This document shows, one piece after another, positions 19,979 to 29,425 of a stretch of DNA of 64,000 nt; within the stretch, counting starts at the first letter, position 1, and the number at the start of each line of letters is the position of its first letter. Below the pieces are notes generated by a model. It searched no databases and had not been told where the DNA came from. It was given only the letters and a program-made list of their open reading frames with translations. The DNA is from a bacterium (GTDB taxonomy: Bacteria > Patescibacteriota > Minisyncoccia > Phycocordibacterales > JAUSHB01): the NCBI GenBank assembly GCA_030648955.1, contig JAUSHB010000011.1, forward strand, positions 7,366 to 71,365. The letters run 5' to 3'. Made by a program: the position numbers and the translations under genes.

Positions 19979-20497
19979 TTAAGGTGTTACGGTTGCTTCA
20001 AAGGTAAGTTCTAGAGGATCTTTTTGGGCATCTGTTTCGATATAGATGGTCCGTCGAACTCTCCCGACCCCTTGTGGTCCATGTGCAGCAGGGTCAAATA
20101 TCGCTTCAATGCTTGCTTCTTCGTTGGGAGCGATAGTTTGGGAAATGGTTGGAATTGCTTCGTGTCCCGGCATCCCAAATGGTCCCGCCATGCCTTCCTT
20201 TGTGGTAAGAGTCGCGGTTGTACACATGCACGATGTGTATATTTTTTTGACCTGCGCAGGAGATTCCCCGCTATTTATTATTTTGAATATCTGCGAGACC
20301 TTGCCTGCCGACATAGAGATAGTGCCAAGGTCGTAAAACGGCTCGACGGCAACAAGTGCTCCTGCACCATTTGCCGAATCAATAAGAATATTTGGGCTGT
20401 TTTTTGAATTTACAGGTACTGTTCTATTCGCGAAGAGAATGATAAGAACCACTGCGACTGCAAAGATTACAAGCATAACAAGTTGATTTTTTTTCAT
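19979..20497 (-). CDS. DUF1573-family protein (paralog)
   Basis: N-terminal TM helix. The ...YTSCMCTTATL... motif and overall architecture match the upstream gene. Tandem paralogs. Confidence 0.7.
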   Translation of the reverse strand: MKKNQLVMLVIFAVAVVLIILFANRTVPVNSKNSPNILIDSANGAGALVAVEPFYDLGTISMSAGKVSQIFKIINSGESPAQVKKIYTSCMCTTATLTTKEGMAGPFGMPGHEAIPTISQTIAPNEEASIEAIFDPAAHGPQGVGRVRRTIYIETDAQKDPLELTFEATVTP

Positions 20498-20587
20498 AAT
20501 ATTTTTTTAATTAAGTAACGCAATTATATTACGCATATTACGGGCTATCGTGTCGCCCTATTGCATCCACGTCGTTTTCCTGTGTGT

Positions 20588-21070
20588 TCATTGAAGCCGT
20601 GCGGAAGAGGTGCTCGTCCCAAGGACGGCAGGATTTGCATTCGAACGGTAGCGCAATTCAACGGTATCTCCATTTTCCATGATGTAGCTTTCTCCTGCGG
20701 TTGTCTCCTTGCCGTTCACCGTCATGCGTTCTAGCGTTCCGAAGCTATCAAAGGATTTTCCCCAGATGCGCAAGAATTGTCCAAGAGCAAGATCGTTCTG
20801 CCTCACCGTTCCTTCCATTTCCATATGAACCACATTGTCAGGATCATGGGTATGCATCGGCTGGTGCGTAGCGCCAAGCCCGATACCTGGTGAAAGATTT
20901 TGTTTTGCCTCATCAATATATATGGCAAGCGTTGCGTGGCGATGAAGACCGTTTCGCGATACGATACTGTTTCCCGTTTTTTCTCCGAGACTGCGGGAAA
21001 ACCAAGAACTCCCAAAAAGTAACGCAATGACCCCAAGAATAATAAGAACTGAAATATTTAATTTTTTCAT
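20588..21070 (-). CDS. Membrane-anchored periplasmic protein with His/Met cluster (possible metallochaperone)
   Basis: 160 aa. TM anchor, then ...HQPMHTHDPDNVVHMEMEG..., then a beta-rich C-terminus. The function is inferred from context only. Confidence 0.45.
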   Translation of the reverse strand: MKKLNISVLIILGVIALLFGSSWFSRSLGEKTGNSIVSRNGLHRHATLAIYIDEAKQNLSPGIGLGATHQPMHTHDPDNVVHMEMEGTVRQNDLALGQFLRIWGKSFDSFGTLERMTVNGKETTAGESYIMENGDTVELRYRSNANPAVLGTSTSSARLQ

Positions 21071-21612
21071 GATTTTGGATTACATACCGCGGGACGCATT
21101 ATGTACCGCGCGGTAAAAAATACTGATAATGCAATCATAAGGACTCCCAAAAGGCTGAATTCCGCACCACCAAGCGGTAAAAGTGCAAGAACACCAGACA
21201 CGCCAATTGCGGGAAGAATCGCGGTGAGGATAAGCGAGCCACACGCAGAGCACCCAATACCCAAAAGCCCCATACCCACTCCCGTGGCACTTGCGACAGT
21301 GCTTTTGCCTGCCACAATAAACGACCGCTCTATCAGTAGATATGCCGTAAGCGCGATTTGTATTCCGAATAAAAGGGCGATGAGCACGGTTGAGAACGCA
21401 CCAAGAACAGTGAAGTTCGTTGTAATGGATTCGAGGAGTATAAAGAGGAATATTATTTTGTCGCTCCACGAAACATTCATATTTTCAAACACACTTGAGA
21501 TAAACGATATATTAGGAAGCCACATGACAAACGCAAATGCAGTAAATGCAACTCCAAGAGAGATGGCTATATATGCGGGATGTCGAAGAATGTTTTTAAT
21601 TATGCGAATCAT
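21067..21612 (-). CDS. Polytopic membrane protein with GCSACG motif
   Basis: 181 aa, highly hydrophobic. GLLGIGCSACGSLILTAILPAIG lies within a TM region. Its stop overlaps the start of the downstream gene by 4 nt. Confidence 0.5.
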   Translation of the reverse strand: MIRIIKNILRHPAYIAISLGVAFTAFAFVMWLPNISFISSVFENMNVSWSDKIIFLFILLESITTNFTVLGAFSTVLIALLFGIQIALTAYLLIERSFIVAGKSTVASATGVGMGLLGIGCSACGSLILTAILPAIGVSGVLALLPLGGAEFSLLGVLMIALSVFFTARYIMRPAVCNPKS

Positions 21613-21788
21613 ATACTATTTTGTTCTCAAACAAATTCATACTGAAAATGTTTGGCGATGGTAAAACAAATACGCGATTAGATACTCGCGCCTGCCTCTA
21701 CTAGATACAACGTGATAGGCAGGTCTGCCTGTACGTGCCCGCACACAGATAGGTGTTACACGCAAACAGACAGAAAGTGTAATCTTTG

Positions 21789-22196
21789 TTAGAAAATTTT
21801 CGGATGAAGAATGCCGTTTGAAAAAGCTTCTTGCAATGGGCTCCTTACGACAAACACCCGAGAGATGAACTGCCAGACACGCGTAACGAAAAGTGCTGTC
21901 TTACTGCTACGCCGGAAACTCCATGAAGTAAAAGCAAAAAGAACAATGAGCAATGTAAATGCAATTAAAGAAAAAATCTCTTTGGGAAATGAGGCAACAA
22001 ATACATTCTGCCATACGGCGATATGTTGGAATGGATTCATGGTGCACAAGGAAGCAATGTCCATGTAGAGACACCCCATATCTTGTCCAAGATTATTCAT
22101 ACTCATAGCAATATGGGATAACCCAAAAAGCCCAATAAACAGAAAGGCTGTTAATAGTAAGGGTGCGAGTATTTTTTTTATAGCAGAAAAATTCAT
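21789..22196 (-). CDS. Hypothetical membrane protein
   Basis: 135-aa ORF with TM segments and no recognisable domain. Confidence 0.4.
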   Translation of the reverse strand: MNFSAIKKILAPLLLTAFLFIGLFGLSHIAMSMNNLGQDMGCLYMDIASLCTMNPFQHIAVWQNVFVASFPKEIFSLIAFTLLIVLFAFTSWSFRRSSKTALFVTRVWQFISRVFVVRSPLQEAFSNGILHPKIF

Positions 22197-22274
22197 ACGT
22201 TCATATCTTTAGTCGAACATCAAGTTTTTGTATATATGATATACAATAAATAAGAAAAGTTTCTTTGTCAATCA

Positions 22275-22307
22275 AAAAACCACCGAAATAAATCTCGGTG
22301 GTTTTTT
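22275..22307. terminator. Rho-independent terminator
   Basis: aaaaaaccaccgaaataaatctcggtggtttttt: 8-bp stem flanked by A- and T-runs. Lies downstream of the minus gene 22325-23095. Confidence 0.55.
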
Positions 22308-22324
22308 AACTATAATAATATTTG

Positions 22325-23095
22325 TTATTGTGGTGTTGTTGTAGCTTGTCCAAACACAATCTTTAGGTCCGCTTTCAATTTCTCGATAGTCACCTTAAAG
22401 TCTGCGTGAGCTTTTTCAACAGCCGTCTTGCGTGTCATGCGAAGTGTTTCAAGAGTTGTACTCACTTTTTCCGCCGTCTTTATATCACCTTGAAGTTTGT
22501 TGCGTGCCGCCTTGAGATCTGCTGCGAGCGTATCGCGCAAAATTTTTGCAGTTACACCGGAAGCACAATTTGATGTTGCTTTTTCAAGAGCCGTCGTAAC
22601 AGAAGATTTAAATGTTGCGGTCGCAGTATCCATTCCTGATTTTCTGCTTGCAATCGCCTGATCAAGCCCGGTTTTGAAAGCGCTTACTGCGTTGTCCACC
22701 ACTGTGCGTCGGAGAGATATCGCGTTTGTAACTGCAGTTTTAAATGCTGCGACCGCCGTTTTTTGTGCATCAGTCATTGCGCGCGTATCAAGTTTTGCAA
22801 GACTTGCATCACGATTCGTGTCCCACTTCGTACGATGTTCAACAAGTTGCTGTTCTCGTTCGAGACGACGTCCCAAGAGTTTTGTCGTTCGATCAGCTAC
22901 GCGTGTTTGATACATAGTCTCTTGATTCGCAAGACGTTCCGTCATTTTTAGAGAAAACTCATCAATGCGCGCGCATACATTTGTGCCTCGTGGAGTCGTT
23001 GTTCCTTGCGCAAAAACCGCGGCGGGGAACAAGAGGGCAGAAAGAAGTGCTATTGCAACTCCTGTACGAACGTGTAATTTAAAATTCATTGTCAT
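22325..23095 (-). CDS. Secreted alpha-helical repeat protein
   Basis: Signal peptide. Internal repeats of the type AV.AFKTAVTNAI / AVSAFKTGLDQAI / ATFKSSVTTAL. Confidence 0.5.
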   Translation of the reverse strand: MTMNFKLHVRTGVAIALLSALLFPAAVFAQGTTTPRGTNVCARIDEFSLKMTERLANQETMYQTRVADRTTKLLGRRLEREQQLVEHRTKWDTNRDASLAKLDTRAMTDAQKTAVAAFKTAVTNAISLRRTVVDNAVSAFKTGLDQAIASRKSGMDTATATFKSSVTTALEKATSNCASGVTAKILRDTLAADLKAARNKLQGDIKTAEKVSTTLETLRMTRKTAVEKAHADFKVTIEKLKADLKIVFGQATTTPQ

Positions 23096-23492
23096 TGTAA
23101 AGTGTATTCATCCCGCTTACCGCATCGGCATCCGATGTGACGAGTGAAATATCATTATCTCCCGCGTTTGCAACAAGCGCTTCTGCGGCTTCTGCATTTT
23201 CAAGAGAGCTTATAATGTCGTCTATATTTCCTGTGGTTGGTGGCGTATCAGATGTTACAGGAACTTGTATTTCCACAACTGGTGCAGTTTTTTGTGGGGT
23301 TGGGGTTGGTGTTTCTTTCTGCATGAACATCCACCCAAGGATAGCTACCAGAACAACACCTACGCCGATAGCTACTATCCACTTCATGCTATTCCCTTCT
23401 TCTGGTAACTGGGGTGTTTGAGGGGGTATTTGATTTACTGGTTCCATATATGAATAAGGATAATTAATAATATAACTTGCAAGTTTCCGCAC
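23079..23492 (-). CDS. Hypothetical membrane-anchored protein
   Basis: 137 aa. Pro/Thr-rich linker after a TM helix and an acidic C-terminus. Confidence 0.4.
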   Translation of the reverse strand: MRKLASYIINYPYSYMEPVNQIPPQTPQLPEEGNSMKWIVAIGVGVVLVAILGWMFMQKETPTPTPQKTAPVVEIQVPVTSDTPPTTGNIDDIISSLENAEAAEALVANAGDNDISLVTSDADAVSGMNTLYNDNEF

Positions 23493-23562
23493 GTACTTTC
23501 AATTTTTATTATATCCTAAATTAACTACCTGTGAAAAGCGGGGGTGTGATTAACTTTTTAAT

Positions 23563-24099
23563 TTAGTTCCGTGTCTTCATAACTGCCATCAACGCCATAA
23601 TGAGAACAAATATCGTAAATGACATCAAGGGAAATGTAATATATCCGAATTCAAAAAGAAATCTTTGAGCGCAGTCGGCACCAGATGCAGGGCATGGAAC
23701 AAATGCACTCCCACCCATTTGCAAATAATGTTGATAAAGCGCAACGAGCGCACCTGTTCCCGAAAGGGCAATTAAATAATCGGCAATTTTGTTGTCTTTT
23801 TTATACCACGCCATTCCTGCAAGAATCACTTGCGGATACAGAAATATTCTTTGAAACCAGCACAACCCGCACGGAACGAAACCGAGGATTTCAGAATAAA
23901 AAAGACTGATCCCAACTGAAACGAGTGATATAAAAAAAACCGACTGAATGCCATAGGCACCGACAAGCGTCAAAACTCGAAATGTTTTTTGTCTGTAACG
24001 TTCAAGAAGTAAGAGTGCCACAAGAACGACGGTAGCGACCTGAATCGCAATTGTTCCGATGGCGAGAAGAAAATTCAATTGTTGCGCAAGCGCGGTCAT
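23563..24099 (-). CDS. Disulfide bond formation protein B (DsbB/BdbC family)
   Basis: 4-TM protein with two Cys pairs in the periplasmic loops (FVPCGLCWFQR and VPCPASGADC). Confidence 0.8.
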   Translation of the reverse strand: MTALAQQLNFLLAIGTIAIQVATVVLVALLLLERYRQKTFRVLTLVGAYGIQSVFFISLVSVGISLFYSEILGFVPCGLCWFQRIFLYPQVILAGMAWYKKDNKIADYLIALSGTGALVALYQHYLQMGGSAFVPCPASGADCAQRFLFEFGYITFPLMSFTIFVLIMALMAVMKTRN

Positions 24100-24112
24100 G
24101 TGGTGCTATGTA

Positions 24113-24502
24113 TCATTGAGGCAGAACACACCCCGTTTTTTCAGCAAGTTTTTCGAGGGGAATTTCACCATCAAGTCTACTTTCGTCAGCAAAAATCCAT
24201 GTGGGGTAACTTTTAATTTCTTTTTCATTGCAAACCTCAAGCTGGCTTTGGCCATCGGGAGTCGAACATTCCACATAGGGCAAAAATTTCACTGATTTGC
24301 CAAACATCGCTTTTTGATTTTGACAATGCGGGCACCAAAATGCACCATAAAATACCGCACCTTTCTCTTGCAAACATTGAGCAAATGTATCAAATTTTCC
24401 AGGAATACTTGGTTGCTTGGAATAATAAACCCCGATACCGACAATAAGCAGGAGTCCTGTGATAATTACAAAAATATATATTGTTTTAGTTGAAAAATTC
24501 AT
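24113..24502 (-). CDS. Membrane-anchored thioredoxin-fold oxidoreductase (DsbA/BdbD-like)
   Basis: FWCPHCQ is a CxxC thioredoxin motif, preceded by an N-terminal TM anchor. Lies adjacent to DsbB. Confidence 0.75.
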   Translation of the reverse strand: MNFSTKTIYIFVIITGLLLIVGIGVYYSKQPSIPGKFDTFAQCLQEKGAVFYGAFWCPHCQNQKAMFGKSVKFLPYVECSTPDGQSQLEVCNEKEIKSYPTWIFADESRLDGEIPLEKLAEKTGCVLPQ

Positions 24503-24512
24503 ACCATTATAT

Positions 24513-24899
24513 TTATTCAGTTGCTATTCCATCAAAATGTTCTTCTTGTTCGGATGCCTTCGTTGTGTGAATTGTTCCGTCTTTATGTTCCGGTGGTGAA
24601 TATATAGAATAAAGTTTAAGGGGAATATTTCCACTATTGACGACATTATGCACTGTTCCTTGCGGTATTACCACTGCGTAGTCCTCTTTTACTGAATGTT
24701 CTACACCATCAAGCACAACCTTTGCCTCCCCTTCTTCGAATCGAATAAACTGATCGAGATGATGAACTTCTTCGCCAATCTCATCACCTGGCATGATGCA
24801 CATCAACACGAGCTGACTATTTTTTGATGTATATAAAACACGCCGATAGTCGGTGTTGTCTTGGGTGGCTTGTTCTATATTAGTGATATAGCCTTTCAT
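24513..24899 (-). CDS. Cupin-domain protein
   Basis: 128 aa. The cupin motifs G.E...HHLDQF and ...PQGTVHNVVN are present. Confidence 0.7.
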   Translation of the reverse strand: MKGYITNIEQATQDNTDYRRVLYTSKNSQLVLMCIMPGDEIGEEVHHLDQFIRFEEGEAKVVLDGVEHSVKEDYAVVIPQGTVHNVVNSGNIPLKLYSIYSPPEHKDGTIHTTKASEQEEHFDGIATE

Positions 24900-25009
24900 T
24901 TTATTTTATTTAACTACACGTATACTCTTTGTATATAAATTGATGGCACTCGATTTCAGTTATGCACAATGTTACTCGCTTACATTATATCACGTGATAT
25001 AATTATTGC

Positions 25010-25459
25010 ATGTTTGAAATACTAAACCCCGTAGGAATATTTGTTGCGGCGATTGTTGGTTATGTGATTGGCATGGCTTGGTACTCCCCCATTCTTTTTA
25101 TGAAACCGTGGCTTGAGGGACAGGGTAAGACACCGGAAGATTTTAGTAAACCCCAAAAACATAAAACAAAAAAATACATGTTTAGTCTTATGGTGTATAC
25201 CTTTATGGTTACGACTACCATTGCATTTGTTCTAGCTGTATTCATCACACTTACTGGTGCGTTAACTCTCCTTGAGATCCTCCAGATTAGCATACTTCTT
25301 GCATTTGGTTTTATTGTTACAACCAAGTTCTCGGATATGCTTTATACTGTTGATAAACCCTTTTGGAGCATGCAGGCACAAAAACTTTTCTTCGTAAACG
25401 CAGGGTACTATATTGCAATGTTTCTTGCGATGGGTTCTACGTTGTACTACCTCGGATAA
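25010..25459 (+). CDS. DUF1761-family membrane protein
   Basis: GIFVAAIVGYVIGMAWYSPILFMKPW matches the DUF1761 N-terminal consensus (..GG.WYSP.LFG..W). 4 TM helices. Confidence 0.6.
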   Translation: MFEILNPVGIFVAAIVGYVIGMAWYSPILFMKPWLEGQGKTPEDFSKPQKHKTKKYMFSLMVYTFMVTTTIAFVLAVFITLTGALTLLEILQISILLAFGFIVTTKFSDMLYTVDKPFWSMQAQKLFFVNAGYYIAMFLAMGSTLYYLG

Positions 25460-25584
25460 GCGATTATATTTGACAAACCCTATGGTTGTGCTATCGTTAA
25501 TATCGGAATCAAGTTGTTATTTTCAATAGACTATGTAAAAAATCAATGCTGTTTTTCGACCTAACAGGTTAAGGAGAATATACC

Positions 25585-26178
25585 ATGAGCGCAGTAACAG
25601 CTGCTCGGTTCGGAATAAAGAAAAGTGATCAACTGAACAACGCACGGCAAGAACGAGATCACGCACGAAAAGAAATGGATGATGCTCGAGTGGCAGCAAG
25701 ATTCGTGGCTGAAAACCTCGCATTCATCCGTGGGACAAGAAAATTGCGCGCCAATCAAAGCGAGTTAGCGGCTAGCACCATGTTTGCTGCTAAGCAGCCT
25801 CGTGAGGCAACCAAGATCATCGAGGGTGAGATTCGTCAGCTTATAAACGATCTCGCAAAGGCTCGCGAGGAGCAAGATCGGGTTTGGATCGCCAAACGAA
25901 TACTCGGTTTTACATCGTGGAGAGGATGGGGGGTGCTTGATGACGTGCATACCGCACTCAAAAATGCTTTCCCAAAAGAACTTCCCGAGGAATTCGCTGT
26001 TAAGCTCGTGGATATTTATACTCGCCAGGCAGATTTTTTAAAAAATCTGGCGAAAAAAGAAGGCGTGATGCGACCCGGAAAAACGCAAAGAAAAAAGGAC
26101 TGCGTTCGTGCACGCCATGGGCAAAGTGACGGTATTGCGGCAATTGAACGGCAAGAGCGCGTGGAGCAGAAGAAATAA
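25585..26178 (+). CDS. Hypothetical protein (197 aa, charged, helical)
   Basis: Good RBS (AGGAGA). GC content looks higher than its neighbours. Followed by a hairpin terminator. Confidence 0.5.
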   Translation: MSAVTAARFGIKKSDQLNNARQERDHARKEMDDARVAARFVAENLAFIRGTRKLRANQSELAASTMFAAKQPREATKIIEGEIRQLINDLAKAREEQDRVWIAKRILGFTSWRGWGVLDDVHTALKNAFPKELPEEFAVKLVDIYTRQADFLKNLAKKEGVMRPGKTQRKKDCVRARHGQSDGIAAIERQERVEQKK

Positions 26179-26198
26179 CATTGGCTTATTATAAGCCA

Positions 26199-26235
26199 GG
26201 GCAGGGGAAATTTTAATCTCCTGCCCTTTTTATTT
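26199..26235. terminator. Rho-independent terminator
   Basis: gggcaggggaaattttaatctcctgccc followed by ttttt. Downstream of the + gene 25585-26178 and of the convergent pirin gene. Confidence 0.55.
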
Positions 26236-26301
26236 TGGTTATTTTTTTCTAATGAGAACTGTCCCTATGCTGTAAAGACGAAATATTGCACCTCGCGTAT
26301 T

Positions 26302-27147
26302 TTATGTTTTCACAAACGTTCCATTCTGATATTCTTCGAGTGCCAACTTAATCTCATCTTCTGTATTCATAACAATCGGGCCGTACCATGCGACTGATTC
26401 CCCGATGGGCTTTCCTGCGATAAGAAGAAATTGTGAATCAACAGTTTTTGCTGTACAGAAAATATTTTCACCGCTTTCGGTTAAAATAATATTTCCTGCG
26501 GGTACGGCCTCTGCTGATTTATCACCAATAGAAATGTCCCCCTCGATAATATATAAAAGCGCTGTATAATCTTCCGGCACATGATAAGAAAATTTTTCAC
26601 CCCTGGGAAGCGACACATCTAGATATGTCGGATTTACCATCAAGTCTGACACGGGTCCGGTCGTTCCCTGATATTCTCCCGCTATCACTTTTACTGTTAT
26701 GCCACCTCTTTCCACCAAGGGAATAGTTTTCCCTACTATTTCTTGATACCGAGGCGCCATCATTTTGTGCTCTTGCGGAAGATTCACCCACAACTGAAAC
26801 CCCTTGATTCCCCCCTTGTGTTCCCGTGGCATTTCCTGATGAATGATCCCGCTTCCCGCGGTCATCCACTGCACATCGCCTTTTTTAATACTTCCTTTGT
26901 TGCCCATACTGTCCTGATGTTCCACTTCTCCCGAGAGAATGTAGGTAACTGTTTCTATCCCACGATGTGGGTGCCAAGGAAACCCAGGCATATAATCGGT
27001 TGCGTTAGAAGAACTGAAATCATCAAATAAAAGAAAGGGGTCAAATGTCGGCACTTCATGATACCCAAATCCACGCCTCAAATGCACCCCCGCTCCTTCG
27101 AGTGCTGGCTTTGCTCTAAATATTTTCTTGATGGTTCTTGATTTCAT
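26302..27147 (-). CDS. Pirin-family protein
   Basis: PGFPWHPHRGIETVTYILSG...G.GIIHQE is the pirin cupin signature. The start is set at Met23 of the ORF (ATG at 27145-27147) to avoid overlap with the upstream gene. Confidence 0.85.
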   Translation of the reverse strand: MKSRTIKKIFRAKPALEGAGVHLRRGFGYHEVPTFDPFLLFDDFSSSNATDYMPGFPWHPHRGIETVTYILSGEVEHQDSMGNKGSIKKGDVQWMTAGSGIIHQEMPREHKGGIKGFQLWVNLPQEHKMMAPRYQEIVGKTIPLVERGGITVKVIAGEYQGTTGPVSDLMVNPTYLDVSLPRGEKFSYHVPEDYTALLYIIEGDISIGDKSAEAVPAGNIILTESGENIFCTAKTVDSQFLLIAGKPIGESVAWYGPIVMNTEDEIKLALEEYQNGTFVKT

Positions 27148-27175
27148 TGTGCGATACGCCACCGTCCCTACTTTC

Positions 27176-27658
27176 TTATTGCTTGACAACCTTAAAGACA
27201 AAACGATATTCATTTGGGAGAATAGGCACTTCTGCGCGTGCAGCGGGCAAAACTTCTATGAGTTCTATGGTTTCTGTTTTAGAAGCAACGGGCATGCCAA
27301 TGGTAAAGACTAAAATTCGTTCTCCATTTATGTTGGTGACCTTTGTTCGTACACGCACCGTTCCTGCCTGGATGCATCGGATATTCTCGCCAACAGGACA
27401 TCTACTATCCTCTAGCACCTCAATGGGCGCAATGGTAACCCCAATTCCGCTTGCAGGTTTGTTCTCCTTTGCGGTGATAGTGACTTCGGATGGTTCTGTG
27501 GGTGCGTCTGGCACTTCTGGAATCGGATTTCCAGCTGTCGAGGTGGCATGTTCTGTTGGAGTAGGCAATGACGCCGAGCGCGGGGAAAGTACATACGCAA
27601 CAAGAGTAAGTGTGGCGATAAGAACAATAAGAGCGATGAGGTTTCTACTGATGCTCAT
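27176..27658 (-). CDS. Hypothetical membrane-anchored secreted protein
   Basis: 160 aa. TM anchor and Pro/Thr linker, then a C-terminal domain containing LEDSRCPVGENIRCIQ. Confidence 0.45.
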   Translation of the reverse strand: MSISRNLIALIVLIATLTLVAYVLSPRSASLPTPTEHATSTAGNPIPEVPDAPTEPSEVTITAKENKPASGIGVTIAPIEVLEDSRCPVGENIRCIQAGTVRVRTKVTNINGERILVFTIGMPVASKTETIELIEVLPAARAEVPILPNEYRFVFKVVKQ

Positions 27659-27702
27659 ATCTTACTATTATAGTAACTATTCGTCGTGGGTCAAATTAAA
27701 CC

Positions 27703-28719
27703 TTAGTTGATGTGCCAGCATAAGTAAATGATGTAGTTGTGCCGCTGGTCGGCCAATGCGGTGATAATACTTGTGCCCAATCCATTTTGGTCGCTCGTCT
27801 TATTTTTGGGTTGCCCAATACCGTTGTCGGTAACACTAAGGGTCCACATCGATTCCAGCGCCTCGTACATAACAAGAATCTTACCCATGCGATTATTGGG
27901 GAAAGCATGTTTTATTGCATTGATGACAAGTTCTGTGGTAACAAGACCAAGGCTTATCGCTACTTCTGATGTCACCGTACCCGGTGTAGCTCTTACTTCT
28001 AGTGATATCGGTTTCCGCCCGCCGATCATAGATCGCGCAAGACTTCCACACAGAGCTTCTAAATATGCGGCGACAGGTATTTCCGCCCCAAAATCTGTTG
28101 GATCAAGCTGATGCTGAACCGTTGCAATCGACATAATACGTTCGTGGGCATCTTGTAAGTGTAGCCGTGTTTCTTCGGATTCCACGATTCCTGCCTTAAT
28201 CAGAAGGATGCTCGCAATTAACTGAAGACTGTTGGCGACACGATGGCGCATTTCTTTAAGGAGGAGATCTTTTTGGATGATAAGTTTTTCTTTCTCGGAT
28301 TCGATGATTCGCTGTCTGGTTATATCAAAAATTGAAATGAGAATCTTCTTCCGTCTGTTTTGGTAGTGTACTTCGCGGGCATTTATTGATAAGGTACGCG
28401 TGCCAAGGGTTGGAAAATTATGTTCAATCTCATATTCTTCGATTATCGCATGTTCGGGGATGATTTTTTCTAAAAGCTCTTTGAATTTAGGAATATCCCA
28501 CTGGCCATTGTTGATTTTATAAAACAATTGACAGTATGTTTTTTCATGATCTCCCCCATAGGTATCATAGAATGAGCGACTAGCGGTAATTACTTGCAAG
28601 TCTTTATCAAGGATGATCAATGGCTCATGAATCGTGTCTATGATTGCTCGACTAAGAATATGTCCATCATTAGGGTCATTAAGGGGATCAGGTATTCTTC
28701 TATCCTTTTCTGTTTTCAT
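27703..28719 (-). CDS. Sensor histidine kinase, PAS + HisKA_2/HWE-type
   Basis: PAS-like N-terminus (IIDTIHEPLIILDKDLQVITASRSF). H-box 'LLKEMRHRVANSLQLI', typical of HisKA_2. C-terminal ATPase region (LVTTELVINAIKHAF...DNGIG). No TM helix, so it is cytoplasmic. Confidence 0.8.
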   Translation of the reverse strand: MKTEKDRRIPDPLNDPNDGHILSRAIIDTIHEPLIILDKDLQVITASRSFYDTYGGDHEKTYCQLFYKINNGQWDIPKFKELLEKIIPEHAIIEEYEIEHNFPTLGTRTLSINAREVHYQNRRKKILISIFDITRQRIIESEKEKLIIQKDLLLKEMRHRVANSLQLIASILLIKAGIVESEETRLHLQDAHERIMSIATVQHQLDPTDFGAEIPVAAYLEALCGSLARSMIGGRKPISLEVRATPGTVTSEVAISLGLVTTELVINAIKHAFPNNRMGKILVMYEALESMWTLSVTDNGIGQPKNKTSDQNGLGTSIITALADQRHNYIIYLCWHIN

Positions 28720-29387
28720 AATATAGTGAATAGTATACCTAATTTGCCATGAATACTAGATGAAGATTTTGTGAAATCTAAAAAAGAGTGATTTTCACGG
28801 CTTTTAAAAGAGAAAGAAACGGCATGTTTTTTGTTTAAATCCGTGGATTATTCACCGAGATATGTATGATATTGTGCTCAATCGCGCACTAAAACAGGGT
28901 GTAGCGTCTTGAATTTCTTAATAAATATACTTATGAGGTTATATATTCAATATCTTAATAATTTTTTCACCATGGAATTGTTATCCTGGGCAAACATTGT
29001 ATAACACCAGCTGTATAAGCGTGAGCGTGTATGTCAGTGGGTCGAAAGGTCGAATATGTTATCAGTAGTAATCAATATAAAAAATAAATACATAAACACA
29101 CTGTTGGAAATCCTTTAAATTATGAGCCCTTATTTATTTAAAACTAACGATAACTATTATGCAATATAAACAACCAACACATAGTAATGGCAAAGAATAT
29201 GGAGGAAACAAAGCTCCAGTGAACCAGTCGGGGAATGAGTTTTATCCATTTGATCTATTTGAAATCACATCACGAGAGGCCGATGAAATCGAAGCACATT
29301 ATTCAAGCCGATATAAGTGGACATAGGGGGTGTTGCTAAAATATATCCATAAGAGTAGATATACGTAGCAGTCTACTCCAAACCACT

Positions 29388-29425
29388 CCGCAAAAACAAC
29401 ATCATGCATGATGTTGTTTTTGCGG
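29388..29425. terminator. Perfect 38-nt palindrome / hairpin terminator
   Basis: ccgcaaaaacaacatcatg|catgatgttgtttttgcgg. Lies 30 nt downstream of the stop codon of the minus-strand gene 29455-31209. Confidence 0.55.

Noticed and set aside
21101-21664. 187-aa + strand ORF overlapping the membrane protein 21067-21612
   Set aside because: It is the antisense shadow of a hydrophobic membrane-protein gene. The minus-strand product has coherent TM topology, while the plus-strand product is low-complexity.
21650-21780. GC-rich intergenic segment (gcgcctgcctctactagatacaacgtgataggcaggtctgcc...) examined as a possible tRNA or structured ncRNA
   Set aside because: No cloverleaf or T-loop consensus could be drawn. 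Only a weak 7-bp stem is present. It is left unannotated.
27138-28111. + strand ORFs (190 aa and 124 aa) across the 27176-27658 and histidine-kinase genes
   Set aside because: They are antisense shadows of better-supported minus-strand genes.
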